Source: Octopus sinensis
Lineage: Eukaryota
Reading direction: 5' to 3'
Assembly (NCBI RefSeq): GCF_006345805.1
Contig: NC_043002.1
Coordinates: 18,104,001-18,168,000, forward strand
DNA length: 64,000 nt
The position numbers were made by a program, and so were the translations under genes. Numbering within the stretch: position 1 is the stretch's first letter; each line of letters begins with the position of its first letter. The notes beneath the pieces were generated by a model. The model ran no database searches. It saw only the letters and a program-made list of their open reading frames with translations, and was not told where the DNA came from. This document shows, one piece after another, positions 26,615 through 37,457 of the stretch.

Positions 26615-26810
26615 CATTATTTTTTTGTGTAATACTTGTGCTTCTTTTGAGATATATGCCCATAACTGCGTTTCAAACAGCGTTTCAGGGACTACGTGAT
26701 CCAATGTCATTTTACTTTCAATTCGCATTCTATCCTTAGTTAGAATCTGAATTGAAGGTAATTTCACTGCTAATTCTAGCAGGTCACGCGACAGCGTTAA
26801 GGTTCTCATA
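26615..26810 (-). CDS. Candidate coding exon of an unidentified host gene
   Basis: cag|T ATG ... 65 open codons (MRTLTLSRDLLELAVKLPSIQIL...LWAYISKEAQVLHKKIM) ... ATG|GTAAGG strong donor. The sequence is complex and non-repetitive and the other two frames are closed. The pyrimidine tract is weak and no homologue was recognised. Confidence 0.35.
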
Positions 26811-26967
26811 CTGTTTTATATAAGTTGAGCACACTGATATTATAGCATGTGTACCGTCTTATTTTTCTCAGACATTGCAACACAAGTGAAACAAACGTTT
26901 ATAGAAACCATAGTTTATGAGCCTGGCGAACGATGTAACTTCAACGCTGTTGAGATAACGCATTATA

Positions 26968-27230
26968 AAGGCGGCGAGCTGGCAGAATCGTTAGCAAGGC
27001 GGCGAGCTGGCAGAATCGTTAGCATGCCAGCCAAAAATGCCTAGCGGTATTTAGTCTGCTGTTACGTTCTGAGTTCAAATTCCGCCGAGGTTGACTTTGC
27101 CTTTCATCCTTTCGGGATCGATAAATTAATAACCAGTTACGCACTGGGGTCGATATAATCGACCTAATCCCTTTGTCTTTCCATGTTTGTCCCCTCTATG
27201 TTTAGCCCCTTGTGGGCAATAAAGAAATAC
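26968..27230 (+). mobile_element. Full-length SINE family B with duplicated head and 14-bp TSD
   Basis: TSD gataacgcattata at 26954-26967 and 27231-27244. The 28-bp head aaggcggcgagctggcagaatcgttagc is present twice. Confidence 0.9.
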
Positions 27231-28443
27231 GATAACGCATTATATCAAGTACTCTTAGTTATCCAAAAAGACGAGTTGCTAAAGGACGAAACTCTTTTAG
27301 TCATAGCATTTATCAATCAGGACCGACCAGAGGCCAGAGAAGTTTATAGGAATTAATTTATAAGAATTGAGTGACTGAAGCTGAATCTTATAAACATCTC
27401 ATTGTGGTTCTTTACTTTATTTTTCTTGGAGTGAAGCAAATGTCTACCGATCAAAATCAAGTATTTTCCGCACACAAATTCCTTTTGTGTATTCCTCACT
27501 CTTTCGTACCTACTATCGACAGGTTGGAGGTTTGATCAGGAAGCATTCAACTCTAACTCGTTTATATCAAACAAGAACTTTGATGATTCTATTAATATTT
27601 TTCGCACAAACCTACAAGCCAGAGATAGAGCCTCTTTGCAGCTGCAAAGAGGCTCTATCTTTGGCTTGTAGGTTTCTGCTAGAAATAGAAGTCAGATATT
27701 CCTCTGTTTATCAACGAAAGAAGGAAGAACACAGAGGATGATATACGCAATGGCGGGTGTGTTTATGGCCACAATACGTTTCATCGGAAGTAATCTGGAA
27801 GAAAGCAGTGATTGTCTAGAAAAACAAATAGTAATTAATCGTTGATGAAATATCAAGCAAAGTTGTTTTCTTATTTTTATTTTTACTGTCCATGAAAATA
27901 TTTTATAAGACAAGAATATGAAAACGATATCTCTATTCCTTATAGTTAAGAAACTTCCGATTTCTGCAATTAAGTATCGCTCTTTTTTCTTCGTTTTTCA
28001 TTTCTTTGATAAAGAATATAACCGGATACGTTGCATTCTATTCTGTTCGTTTAATTGGCATAATTATTTTCAACGTACACATTATTTTATTGCTTTGTTT
28101 CGTCTCATATTTCGATGCTGAATTCTGTCGCGTGCCTTCGCTGTTTAACCTCGTTTATTGTTTGTTATTCCACAGTTTGCCGCCGTAACCTTACTCCTTT
28201 TATTTTTTGTTTGTGATATTTTTCACTTGTTTATTGCTATGTTTTGTGTTGAGTTTGATCTGAGAACATAATCTTTTTGTGTGATGGCGATTTGACGTCT
28301 ATATCTAGCATGTTGACTGTCCACTTTTCGTGTTCAGTCCTTAATTGGTATATATAAAAATATTTTATCTTCGGATTCTTTTTTAATATGCTAGACCACT
28401 GTGTCTTAATTGATAAATATCAATTTCTACCCTTAATTAATTT

Positions 28444-28482
<39 letters not shown>

Positions 28483-28509
28483 CTTTATTTTAAGCAGCAG
28501 AAAATTCAA

Positions 28510-28560
28510 CAAAATCTGTTACTCTGAGTTTCTCGTTGCCGTTCATCAGACAGTTTTTTG
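28510..28560 (-). ncRNA. Minimal type I hammerhead ribozyme motif (mirror copy, intact)
   Basis: Reverse complement reads ctgt CTGATGA acggcaacga GAAA ctcagag TA acag. Confidence 0.7.
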
Positions 28561-28577
28561 CTAGAATGCCATTCTAG

Positions 28578-28627
28578 CAAAAACTGTCTGATGAACGGCA
28601 ACGAGAAACTCAGAGTAACAGATTTTG
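28578..28627 (+). ncRNA. Minimal type I hammerhead ribozyme motif
   Basis: Identical to 2635-2684. Predicted cut after 28617. Confidence 0.7.
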
Positions 28628-28893
28628 TTGAATTTTGCTGCTTAAAATAAAGCATATTACTCTACCACTGGATTTGAGTACTCTTTTTTTCCACCTTGTT
28701 TCACATTTATGTGTTTACTCCGGTAATATATATATATATATATATATATATAGATATATCTTTTATTTTGTTTGTGATTTATATATATATATAATTATAT
28801 ATATATACATATCTTTTATTTTTGTTTGTGATTTATATATATTATATATATATAATATATTATATATACATATCTTTTATTTTGGTTGTGTGA

Positions 28894-28956
<63 letters not shown>

Positions 28957-29518
28957 TATACATAATAAATGCTCAAAAACACACAAATATACATTCATAA
29001 GTACATACATACATGCGTACATACATACATATACACGTATACGTGTATATGTATACATAGACACAGACGCACACACACACACATATATAGAGAGAGAGAA
29101 CAGACAGAGACAGAGAGAGAGGAGAGAAAGGGGAGAGAGAGGGGAAGAGAGAGAGGGGGAAGAGAGAGAGAGGAATAGGGGAAGAAGAAAGAGGAAAAAG
29201 AGAGTAATGCAAGGCTTTTGAACAGTTTCTGTTTCCTGAATGTTAGTCAAAGATCACAAAAGTTTAGCCAACCCAAAGTTATGATAGAAAACACCGTCGG
29301 CGTTGCGTAGTGGGAATAAACAGGAAAGCACATATTTGCAAAACACATTTCTTAACAACACGTGCATACACATGCATGTGTGTGTGTGTCTGTCTGTCTG
29401 TCTGTCTGTTTACTTATTTAGGTATTTGTGAAGCGCGTATATGCTTATTTATTGGTTATACATTTATGCGTCTATATGAAGCGCATTTATGTCAGAGGTT
29501 ATCTATTTATTTTATCAA

Positions 29519-29740
29519 GGCGGCGAGCTGGCAGAATCGTTAGCACACCGGGCGAAATGCTTTGCGGTATTTCGTCTGCTGCTACGTTCTGAGTTCAAAT
29601 TCCGCCGAGGTCGACTTTACCTTTCATTCTTCCGGGGTCGATTAAATAAGTACCAGTTACGCACAGGGGTCGATGTAATCGACTTAATCTCTTTGTCTGT
29701 CCTCTCTGTGTTTAGCCCGTTGTGGGTAGTAAAGAAATAG
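29519..29740 (+). mobile_element. Full-length SINE family B
   Basis: ggcggcgagctggcagaatcgttagc head, gttcaaattccgcc B-box region, gtgggtagtaaagaaata tail. Confidence 0.9.
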
Positions 29741-29981
29741 TTATTTATTTATTATATGAGTGGTGTTTGTTTATCTACATGTATTTACGCTCTTATTCAC
29801 AAACACACACGTTGAATTTTTTATATTGAATGCATATCACCACTATGAACTACTACATCATACTCTTTAAACATATAGCATTGACTCGCTTTACTATATA
29901 TGAATTTATGTCTGACTCTATTGAATATTATATATGATTTTTTAATATTTGATAGCATGAACTATCTTTTTTATATATAAA

Positions 29982-30030
29982 TTTTTTTTGATAAGGTTCG
30001 TCATTTCAAGAACCGAAACATGTTAAATAA
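29982..30030 (+). ncRNA. Candidate variant hammerhead motif (U3-A8 core)
   Basis: ttt TTGATAA ggttc-gtcatttcaa-gaacc GAAA cat g T T aaa. Stem II is 5 bp, stem III is the palindrome ACATGT, and stem I is A/T only and weak. Confidence 0.35.
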
Positions 30031-30128
30031 ATAATGTATATATAAAAATTAAAATTTGTCTAATATAGCAGCATTTTCAAACTTCATTTTTTACAAATAT
30101 ATACCCACTCGTATACGAGCTAATCTAT

Positions 30129-30174
<46 letters not shown>

Positions 30175-31315
30175 TATATTATAATATATATAATATATAT
30201 ATATGCATCTATACATTAGCTGTAGTATTAACTTGACGGTCATCTTCATTGACTGAAGTCGCTAAGTATATTGGTTTTCAACAACAGGAAGAAGAAAACA
30301 GGCAGAGAATAATCAATAATATAAAACAGAAAAGGAAAAATAAATAAATATCAATGAAACAAACAAAAATGAAAATCCTCCAGAAATTACAATTGGTAAT
30401 AGTAATGTCCTCCCTTACCATCAAATTCGACACAGTTCTTCTAATATACTCAAATGCTATTCACCTTTCTAACATTTTATATAGCAACATAAAGTAGCTC
30501 ACAGAAAACTAACTTCTTTGTCGCATGTAGTTGTGTTTGTCCTTAGCTTTTGTTTGCTCTCATTTTAAACGCTAGCTTTAAATGGAAACTGATTTTTCTT
30601 TATCTCAAGCAATTCAGATGGCTGAATAAGATAAGGAATCCTACGGACGTGTAATCAATCAATGCTTCTTCATTATTGCTGTCTCTTCAAATACCACCAC
30701 AGTGTCTTCTTCATCATATAAACGTAACATAACGTAGCTTTAGCTACTTGAAACATGCAAACTATGATTTGAGAATGAAGAATGAATATAAAAACCTATA
30801 CGAATGGAATTGGTTTTTCATCTTTATTGTTTTCTTCTGGCTTTTTCTACCATTCTTATTTTCTAGTGAACTGCCCAGACTTTCTCATGTTTGATTAATT
30901 CGTGAGCCTAGTTTGTATTTATGACGTTAAATAAACTTTCACTACTGTTTTCTTTTTCAGCAACAAGATTTATCTGCTGTATCCTTTCATCCATATTATG
31001 AGCATTGGCCATAAATTCTGTGGGGGAAAAAATATCTACGCATTCTACTAATGCTATGTAGAAATCTATGAGAGTTCTAGACATTATAATCAATGAGAGC
31101 AGTAACAGAGTTGAAAGAATGGCTAAAGGAAGATTACCCAGTGACTCCTTCTGCATGGAAAACAAATAGTCAACTGGGTACTTAGTATTGATTTACGTCA
31201 AGAAAGGGGTAACAATTCCGGAATTTAAATAGATTAATAGAGAAGAAGAAGAAGAAGAAGAAGAAGAAGAAGAAGAAGAAGAAGAAGAAGAAGAAGAAGA
31301 AGAAGAAGAAGAAGC

Positions 31316-31631
31316 TTTCTAATTGATGTATCAATACCGGCAGATGACAACGTGTCTCTAAAAGAAATGGAGAAACTTTCAAAATACAAAGACCTGTAAA
31401 TAGAGGTAACTCGAATGTGGAATCTAAAAACAGAAACAATCCCTATCATAGTAGGCGCTTTAGGTATGATAAAAAAATATTCATACAAATACCTAACAAA
31501 AACACCAGGACTTACAAATATATATAACATACAGAAAATTGCATTACTGGGCACTGTACACATCCTACGCAAAACACTTTCAATACAGTAACCATAAAGC
31601 ATCACAACATATCACAACACATACCCAAGGC
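31316..31631 (+). mobile_element. R4/Dong-like non-LTR retrotransposon 3' end (restriction-like endonuclease C-terminus)
   Basis: FLIDVSIPADDNVSLKEMEKLSKYKDL*IEVTRMWNLKTETIPIIVGALGMIKK...IQKIALLGTVHILRKTLSIQ*. It begins immediately after a (GAA)n tract. Confidence 0.85.
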
Positions 31632-31654
31632 ATCATATATATGTAATCATATAT

Positions 31655-32105
31655 ATGTTTTGCATTCGTATAAAAGATGGGCTAGAATAAATCTTCTGCA
31701 GAATGTCACAGATTTGCTTGTCACTTCATTAACCTTATCCAGTGGCTGAGGGTATGTGCATCTCTGATCACGACTAGAAGTAATGGGGAAATATGAGGAA
31801 TTCTTGAGGTTTGAATAATTCACATCAGGAAACATGGATGTTTCGTTCAACATCTTTAAATAAACCTTATTCAGGGACCTTTTGAAGGGGATGGGCTACT
31901 CAGTCTGAAGAAAATTCTAACAGGGCCCCACCTGCAAGTTTATGCGCTGTTTTTCTTGATATAAGATGACCATGTCACGCACAGATGGTGTTGAATCATG
32001 TGCCTTGTGTACCCTTATCAGACGGGTAGTCATGATGGGCATATTGGGCTTCGTGTATTTTACTCCAGTGTTATTTTGATGGCATGCCCAAATCTTTCAC
32101 TCAAC

Positions 32106-32142
<37 letters not shown>
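31655..32142 (+). mobile_element. Interspersed repeat ending in (AAT)n, probably a non-LTR/SINE 3' portion
   Basis: Complex GC-richer non-coding block terminating in a simple-repeat tail (tcactcaacaataataat...). Family not assigned. Confidence 0.5.
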
Positions 32143-32146
<4 letters not shown>

Positions 32147-32464
32147 CAAACTGAGTAGTAACATGCAGTAGGGGTTGCATTTGGTTTTGGCAAGTACAGT
32201 AGCAAATTCGGACATGTTTAAAACTTATTAAACCTCCTTAATGATACACAAACTTACTCATAACGACCAGATTCTTGATCGCTGATATATATATCGTGTC
32301 TTTTTGTATTCATTTCTAATAAATACTCCTTGCTTAGTATGCCTTGTTTACTTCATCACTCTCATATCGTTTCTCCCTACCTACCTACCTACCTACCTAC
32401 TACCTACCTACCTACCTACATACATACATACATACATACATACATACATACATACATACATACA

Positions 32465-32540
<76 letters not shown>

Positions 32541-32734
32541 TATATATACATATATATATATATGTATGTATGTATGTATACATGTTTGTGTGTGTGTGTA
32601 CGAGGATCTGGTACGTGCGGTCAATTTTGCAATTCTGTAAACAGTATTAGTAATATTTTATAAGCTTAAAGCTAATGAATTGACTAAAGAAATTAGACTA
32701 CTGTTGGAGCACGACAGAAATAAAGAATGGTTTT

Positions 32735-32806
32735 CTGTATGCGTGGGTCTCGAACCCACACCGCTAACTATTCGCAACAAGTGTGCTACCATTACACCAA
32801 CGTATC
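32735..32806 (-). pseudogene. tRNA-like pseudogene or isolated SINE head
   Basis: A-box tggtgtaatgg, D-stem gtgt/gcac, perfect T-arm gtggg-ttcgaga-cccac, loop ttGCGaa. The acceptor and anticodon stems are mispaired. Confidence 0.5.
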
Positions 32807-32995
32807 TCGCTCACTTCTTTCCAGTTTGTAGTAAGGAATATGGTAAACTTTGACAGGAGCTCATTTTCTACCATTATTATATTTTGGCAACCTTTATTTT
32901 TGTTAGAAAACTGATACATCTATTTCTTTATTCTAACTTATTTTGCGCTTTGTAAATTATTTATAAATGTTTTTTTTTGCTATTTTTGTTTAGAG

Positions 32996-34049
32996 ATGGA
33001 TAAGTCGGAAATTCGTACAGTTTTGAAATATGAGTTCTTTCTTGGAAATACAGCATCACAGACAGCTCGAATATTAATGTAGTATTTCATTGTAATGTTA
33101 TTACACAGCAGACAGTATCAGATTGGTTTGAAAAATTTCGTTCTGGTAGCCTCACAAATGAGCAACGCGGTCGACCAGAAACAAAGGCGGATAATGACGA
33201 ACTGAAAGCCACCGTCGAGTCAGATTCATCTCAAAGTGCCCATGAATTATCGTTGTTGTTTGGTGTTAGTAAGCAAACAATATTGACGCACCTAGTTCAA
33301 ATTGGTAAAGTGAAAAAGTTAGATAAGTGGGTTCCACATGAACTCAATGTAATTCAGAAACAGCAACATTGGAAGCCTGCATTATGCTGCTTTCTCGTCA
33401 TAAAAATGAAGCATTTTTAATGGAATTGTAACGTGATGAGAAATGGATCCAATACAACAACTGTAAATGTTTATCACAATGGTTGAGCAAAGACGAGCCA
33501 CCAAGACACAGTCCAAGAAGAAAAATTCAGCAAAAGAATATAATTGTGTGTGTTTGGTGGTCTGGCCCAGATGTGATCCATTATGATTTCATTAAACCTG
33601 GCTCATCAATCACGGCCGAAGTATACTGCAGCCATCAGGTCCGAATGATGCTGAAACTTACATAAAAACAGCCTAGGTTAGTCAAGAGATCCACTCCGAA
33701 TTTATTGCAAGACAACGCCAGACCACACATCACAAAAATGGCATTGGCGAAACTACAGGAGTTGGAGTTGGAAGTTCTCTATCATCCACCATATTCTCAT
33801 AATCTTGACCCCGCTGACCACCACTTCTTCCAGAATTTGGATAAGTTTTTGATAGGAAAAAAGTTTAATTCCGACGATGCTGTAAAACAGGCCTTCCAAG
33901 ATTTTATTGACTCTAGATTGACAGGCTTTTACAGTTCCGGGCAAAAGTATGTTGACTATATGGGTGCCTACTTTGATGAATGAAAGTATTCTTTGTGTTT
34001 ATAAAAATTAGTAAACATTTTCTTTTCTACATACTTCATACTAGACGAT

Positions 34050-34054
<5 letters not shown>
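32996..34054 (+). mobile_element. Mariner transposase pseudogene (near full-length, DD34D type)
   Basis: MDKSEIRTVLKYEF..., KKLDKWVPHEL, DEKW, QDNARPH, HPPYSHNLDPAD motifs with frameshifts and stops. 3' TIR-like acttcatactagacgatcaaata followed by TA. The 5' TIR was not found. Confidence 0.92.
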
Positions 34055-34089
<35 letters not shown>

Positions 34090-34130
34090 ATATATATATT
34101 ATATTTTTTTTATATATATATCTATATTAC

Positions 34131-34254
34131 TTAGGCTAAGAGCTCCGCTCGAAACGTGAAATCCTCCTTTCTTTCAATTCCAGATCGCTCAATAAACTGT
34201 ACTTATTCCACGTCCTCGAGTTGTTTTTTTCTTGCTTGTTCATGTTTGGATTAA
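34131..34254 (+). mobile_element. Penelope-type terminal relic with half a hammerhead motif
   Basis: agagctccgctcgaaacgt...ttccacgtcctcgagttg, the same family as 53203-53400. The core upstream of stem II is lost. Flanked by (TA)n. Confidence 0.5.
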
Positions 34255-34307
<53 letters not shown>

Positions 34308-35184
34308 TTAGCAATTATACTTATAATAAACTATTGTCATATATATAATAAATATAAAAAATTTCGATAATAATTATTTCTATTGACATATTATATATTA
34401 TATATTAATATTAAATATATAGGCATTATACAATACATCAAGAGGCATTATACATAATGCAAGGGCATTATACATACATGCCAGAGGGCATTATACATAC
34501 ATGCCAGATATACATACATTCCACACGCTAAGAGGACAATTAGTCTTCTACCAAAAATATTACTAATTATTATATGAACCGAATGCAATTTTTCAAAGTA
34601 AGACATTTAAAAAAAAATATAGACCTGTATTAATTATGTAAATGCACCCACGTGCTTCGTTAATGTTGATCATTAGCTGATCGGCTAAGCGACAGGGTTG
34701 TTATTTATGAATACATTCAGCCTTTTTGAAATACGTATTATGAAATCAACTGTGACCAGGTATATTTTTTAAATGTCTACTTTGAAAAATTGCATTCGGG
34801 GATTAGTAATATTTTTGGTAGAAATGACTAATTGTCCCTCTTAGCGTGTGCATGTATGTATAATGCCCTCTGGCATGTATGTATAATGCCCTCTATATAT
34901 AAATTAATATGTTCAATATAAATAATTATTTTCGAAATTTTTTCTCTTATGAGGTTCTCACGCTATCTACCTGACAATTTCTTGTTAAGTTTTCCTTATT
35001 AAGTAGTTGTCCTTAATTGCTAAATTTTTATTCCGAAAAAACTTTTCCTTTCCCGAAATGCAATTCGTAAAAGTATGCCATTTACAGGATGTATATATGT
35101 AAACTCACCCATGTGCTTCGTTGATGTTGATCAGTTAGCTGATCGGCTTAAGCGGGACAGGGTCGTTTATTTATGATACATTCA

Positions 35185-35230
35185 GGCCTGCTGATGAATA
35201 CGTAAGTATGAAATCACTGTGATACAGGTC
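35185..35230 (+). ncRNA. Canonical minimal type I hammerhead ribozyme
   Basis: ggcctg CTGATGA atac-gtaa-gtat GAAA tcac-t-gtga T A caggtc. Stem I is 6 bp, stem II is 4 bp with a GNRA loop, and stem III is the near-palindrome ATCAC-T-GTGAT. AUA cut after 35224. Confidence 0.85.
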
Positions 35231-35655
35231 TATATTTTTTAAATGTCTTACTTTGAAAAATTGCATTCGGTGGGATTAGTAATATTTTTGGTAGAAATGA
35301 CTAATTGTCCCTCTTAGCGTGTGGCATGTATGTATAATGCCCTCTGGCATGTATGTATAATGCCCTCTATATATAAATTAATATGTTCAATAAGAAATAA
35401 TTATTTTCGAATTTTTTCTCGTTATGAGGTTCTCACGCTATCTACCTGACAATTTCTTGTTAAGTTTTCCTTATTAAGTAGTTGTCCTTAATTGCTAATT
35501 TTATTCCAAAAACTTTTCCTTTCCGAAATGCAATTCGTAAAAGTATGCCATTTACAGGATGTAATATATGTAAACTCACCCATGTGCTTCGTTGATGTTG
35601 ATCAGTTAGCTGATCGGCTTAAGCGGGACAGGGTCGTTTATTTATGATACATTCA

Positions 35656-35700
35656 GGCCTGCTGATGAATACGTAAGTATGAAATCACTGTGATACAGTC
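35656..35700 (+). ncRNA. Canonical minimal type I hammerhead ribozyme (next tandem unit)
   Basis: Same core and stems, with one G missing in stem I (cagtc). Cut after 35695, 471 nt from the previous site. Confidence 0.8.
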
Positions 35701-35830
35701 TATATTTTTTAAATGTCTTACTTTGAAAATTGCATTCGTGGGATTAGTAATATTTTTGGTAGAAATGACTAATTGTCCCTCTTAGCGTGTGGCATGTATG
35801 TATAATGCCCTCTGGCATGTATGTATAATG

Positions 35831-35911
<81 letters not shown>

Positions 35912-35966
35912 CTATATATATATATATATATGTATATATAAATACATATGTTTCTGTTTATATATT

Positions 35967-36008
<42 letters not shown>

Positions 36009-37457
36009 AATATATATATGTGTATGTATGTGTGCGTCTGTGTGTGTGTGCGCGACTGGTAACATCCAAATATATGAATAAATAAGAAAATACTTACGAA
36101 CGTTTAATTTCACAGAACTTTTGTTACGGCGTTGGGGTTTAAAAAGCTTTCGAGTCATACCAGTTATGATCTTAATCAGCGTAACGTGTTTGGAGAATAA
36201 CAAATGATAAATTGGACTTAGAAAATGAATGTTTCTGTTTTGAGGGTGGATACTGGATCCTCAACAAGCATTCTAGTTTGTTTGATAAATTGGTTAGTGG
36301 GTGTTTCATTTTCTTCAAAATATTTAAACAGAAGCGGTATATCTTACACATATTCCCCACCATCACAAATTCTAATTGGCTGACATATTGATATACCCAG
36401 CGATCTCATTTGACTGAGAAATTTTAGCAGCGCCTTAATATAGTTACACGTCTTCTAATAGTGTTAGTGAGAAAGTCTGTAAATTATCTCCTTGCTCTTC
36501 TTCAATTTGCAACTATTATATGCTATGTAATAATGAAAAACACCAGCTGCTGGTAATAAAATCTTATCAATTTCAATTTTGTCTTTGTTTCATTCGGATT
36601 ATCATTCTTGGGAACAAAAGCAACGAAACAAAAAACCAAAGATGTTTTGCACTGACACGACTACCAGTGATGCAAAATGTATTTGTACTGCCTTCTGCTC
36701 TGTGCAATTGTTAGTGGGAACAAAAATAATGATCACATGAGACTATAGAAAGTAGGAAAGGCTTATGTAGAAGCCTATAGAATATAAGGAGGACTTTAAA
36801 GCATATGCAAGGACTAAAAAATGTACAGTGAACTAAAACATATATGGAAGAAAATTCTTTGCCAATACGACCAGAGCAAAACCAAACATTTTCATAGTCG
36901 TCCCTCTTAATTATCAGAAAATTATATTTGTTAATTTTCACATTTACTATTTCTTCACTGTTTATATTTACTAGTTAGTTTTTTAATGATTTATACACAA
37001 AATATGTTTACAATAATTGCACTTTGCCAGCAAATATTTTCTGTTTTATCTTTCACCACTACGGCAATTGGAATGAATAGTATCCTTTCACAGATATCTC
37101 AAGAAAACATGTCCCTGGAAACATGTTCCGAGTCTTCTCCAGTCTTTGACTCGTAGTTTTATTATTATCTTAATATTTAGTTCAAGTTAAGGTTCGAAAC
37201 GACAGATGAATAAAATATGTTAGAACTAAATAAATGAAAATACTAATCGTCCTGGCAAGAAAATACAAATGACAAATGAGATACTGAAATACTTTAGGGC
37301 ATTGGTCTGATCATTCAGAACTCTCCTGGGGTTAAACAACAACGACCTCTATGTTCAATTACACTGTTCTTATAGCAACCGCAAGTAGCAACACAGCCAA
37401 AGTATTTATGTTGTAGATTAGCTTTTTTCATTATTTATATAATTTACTGACAATTTC

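Larger units (their letters stand above)
28483..28723. mobile_element. Second foldback Penelope-like relic with two hammerhead motifs
   Basis: Palindrome 28483-28652. The long arm runs to 28723 and is the reverse complement of 2441-2520. Flanked by (TA)n. Confidence 0.7.
34307..35833 (+). repeat. Tandem ~470-bp hammerhead-containing repeat (about 2.5 units) preceded by an inverted partial unit; retrozyme-like
   Basis: Unit starts at ~34638, 35099 and 35570 (periods ~461 and 471). 34307-34630 is a diverged reverse-complement copy. Each unit has a 22-23-bp internal doublet (ggcatgtatgtataatgccctct). Confidence 0.85.

Noticed and set aside
26690-26720. 'TLDHVVP' resembling an HNH nuclease motif
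   Set aside because: The downstream N/H and Cys residues of HNH are absent.
34630-35833. CRISPR-like or satellite interpretation of the tandem array
   Set aside because: Units are long and wholly repeated with no unique spacers, the context is eukaryotic, and the embedded ribozyme better explains it.
36098-36941. Complex-looking sequence with a strong minus-strand GTAAGT donor at ~36097
   Set aside because: All frames are interrupted by stops over the block and no consistent exon or protein family could be assigned.
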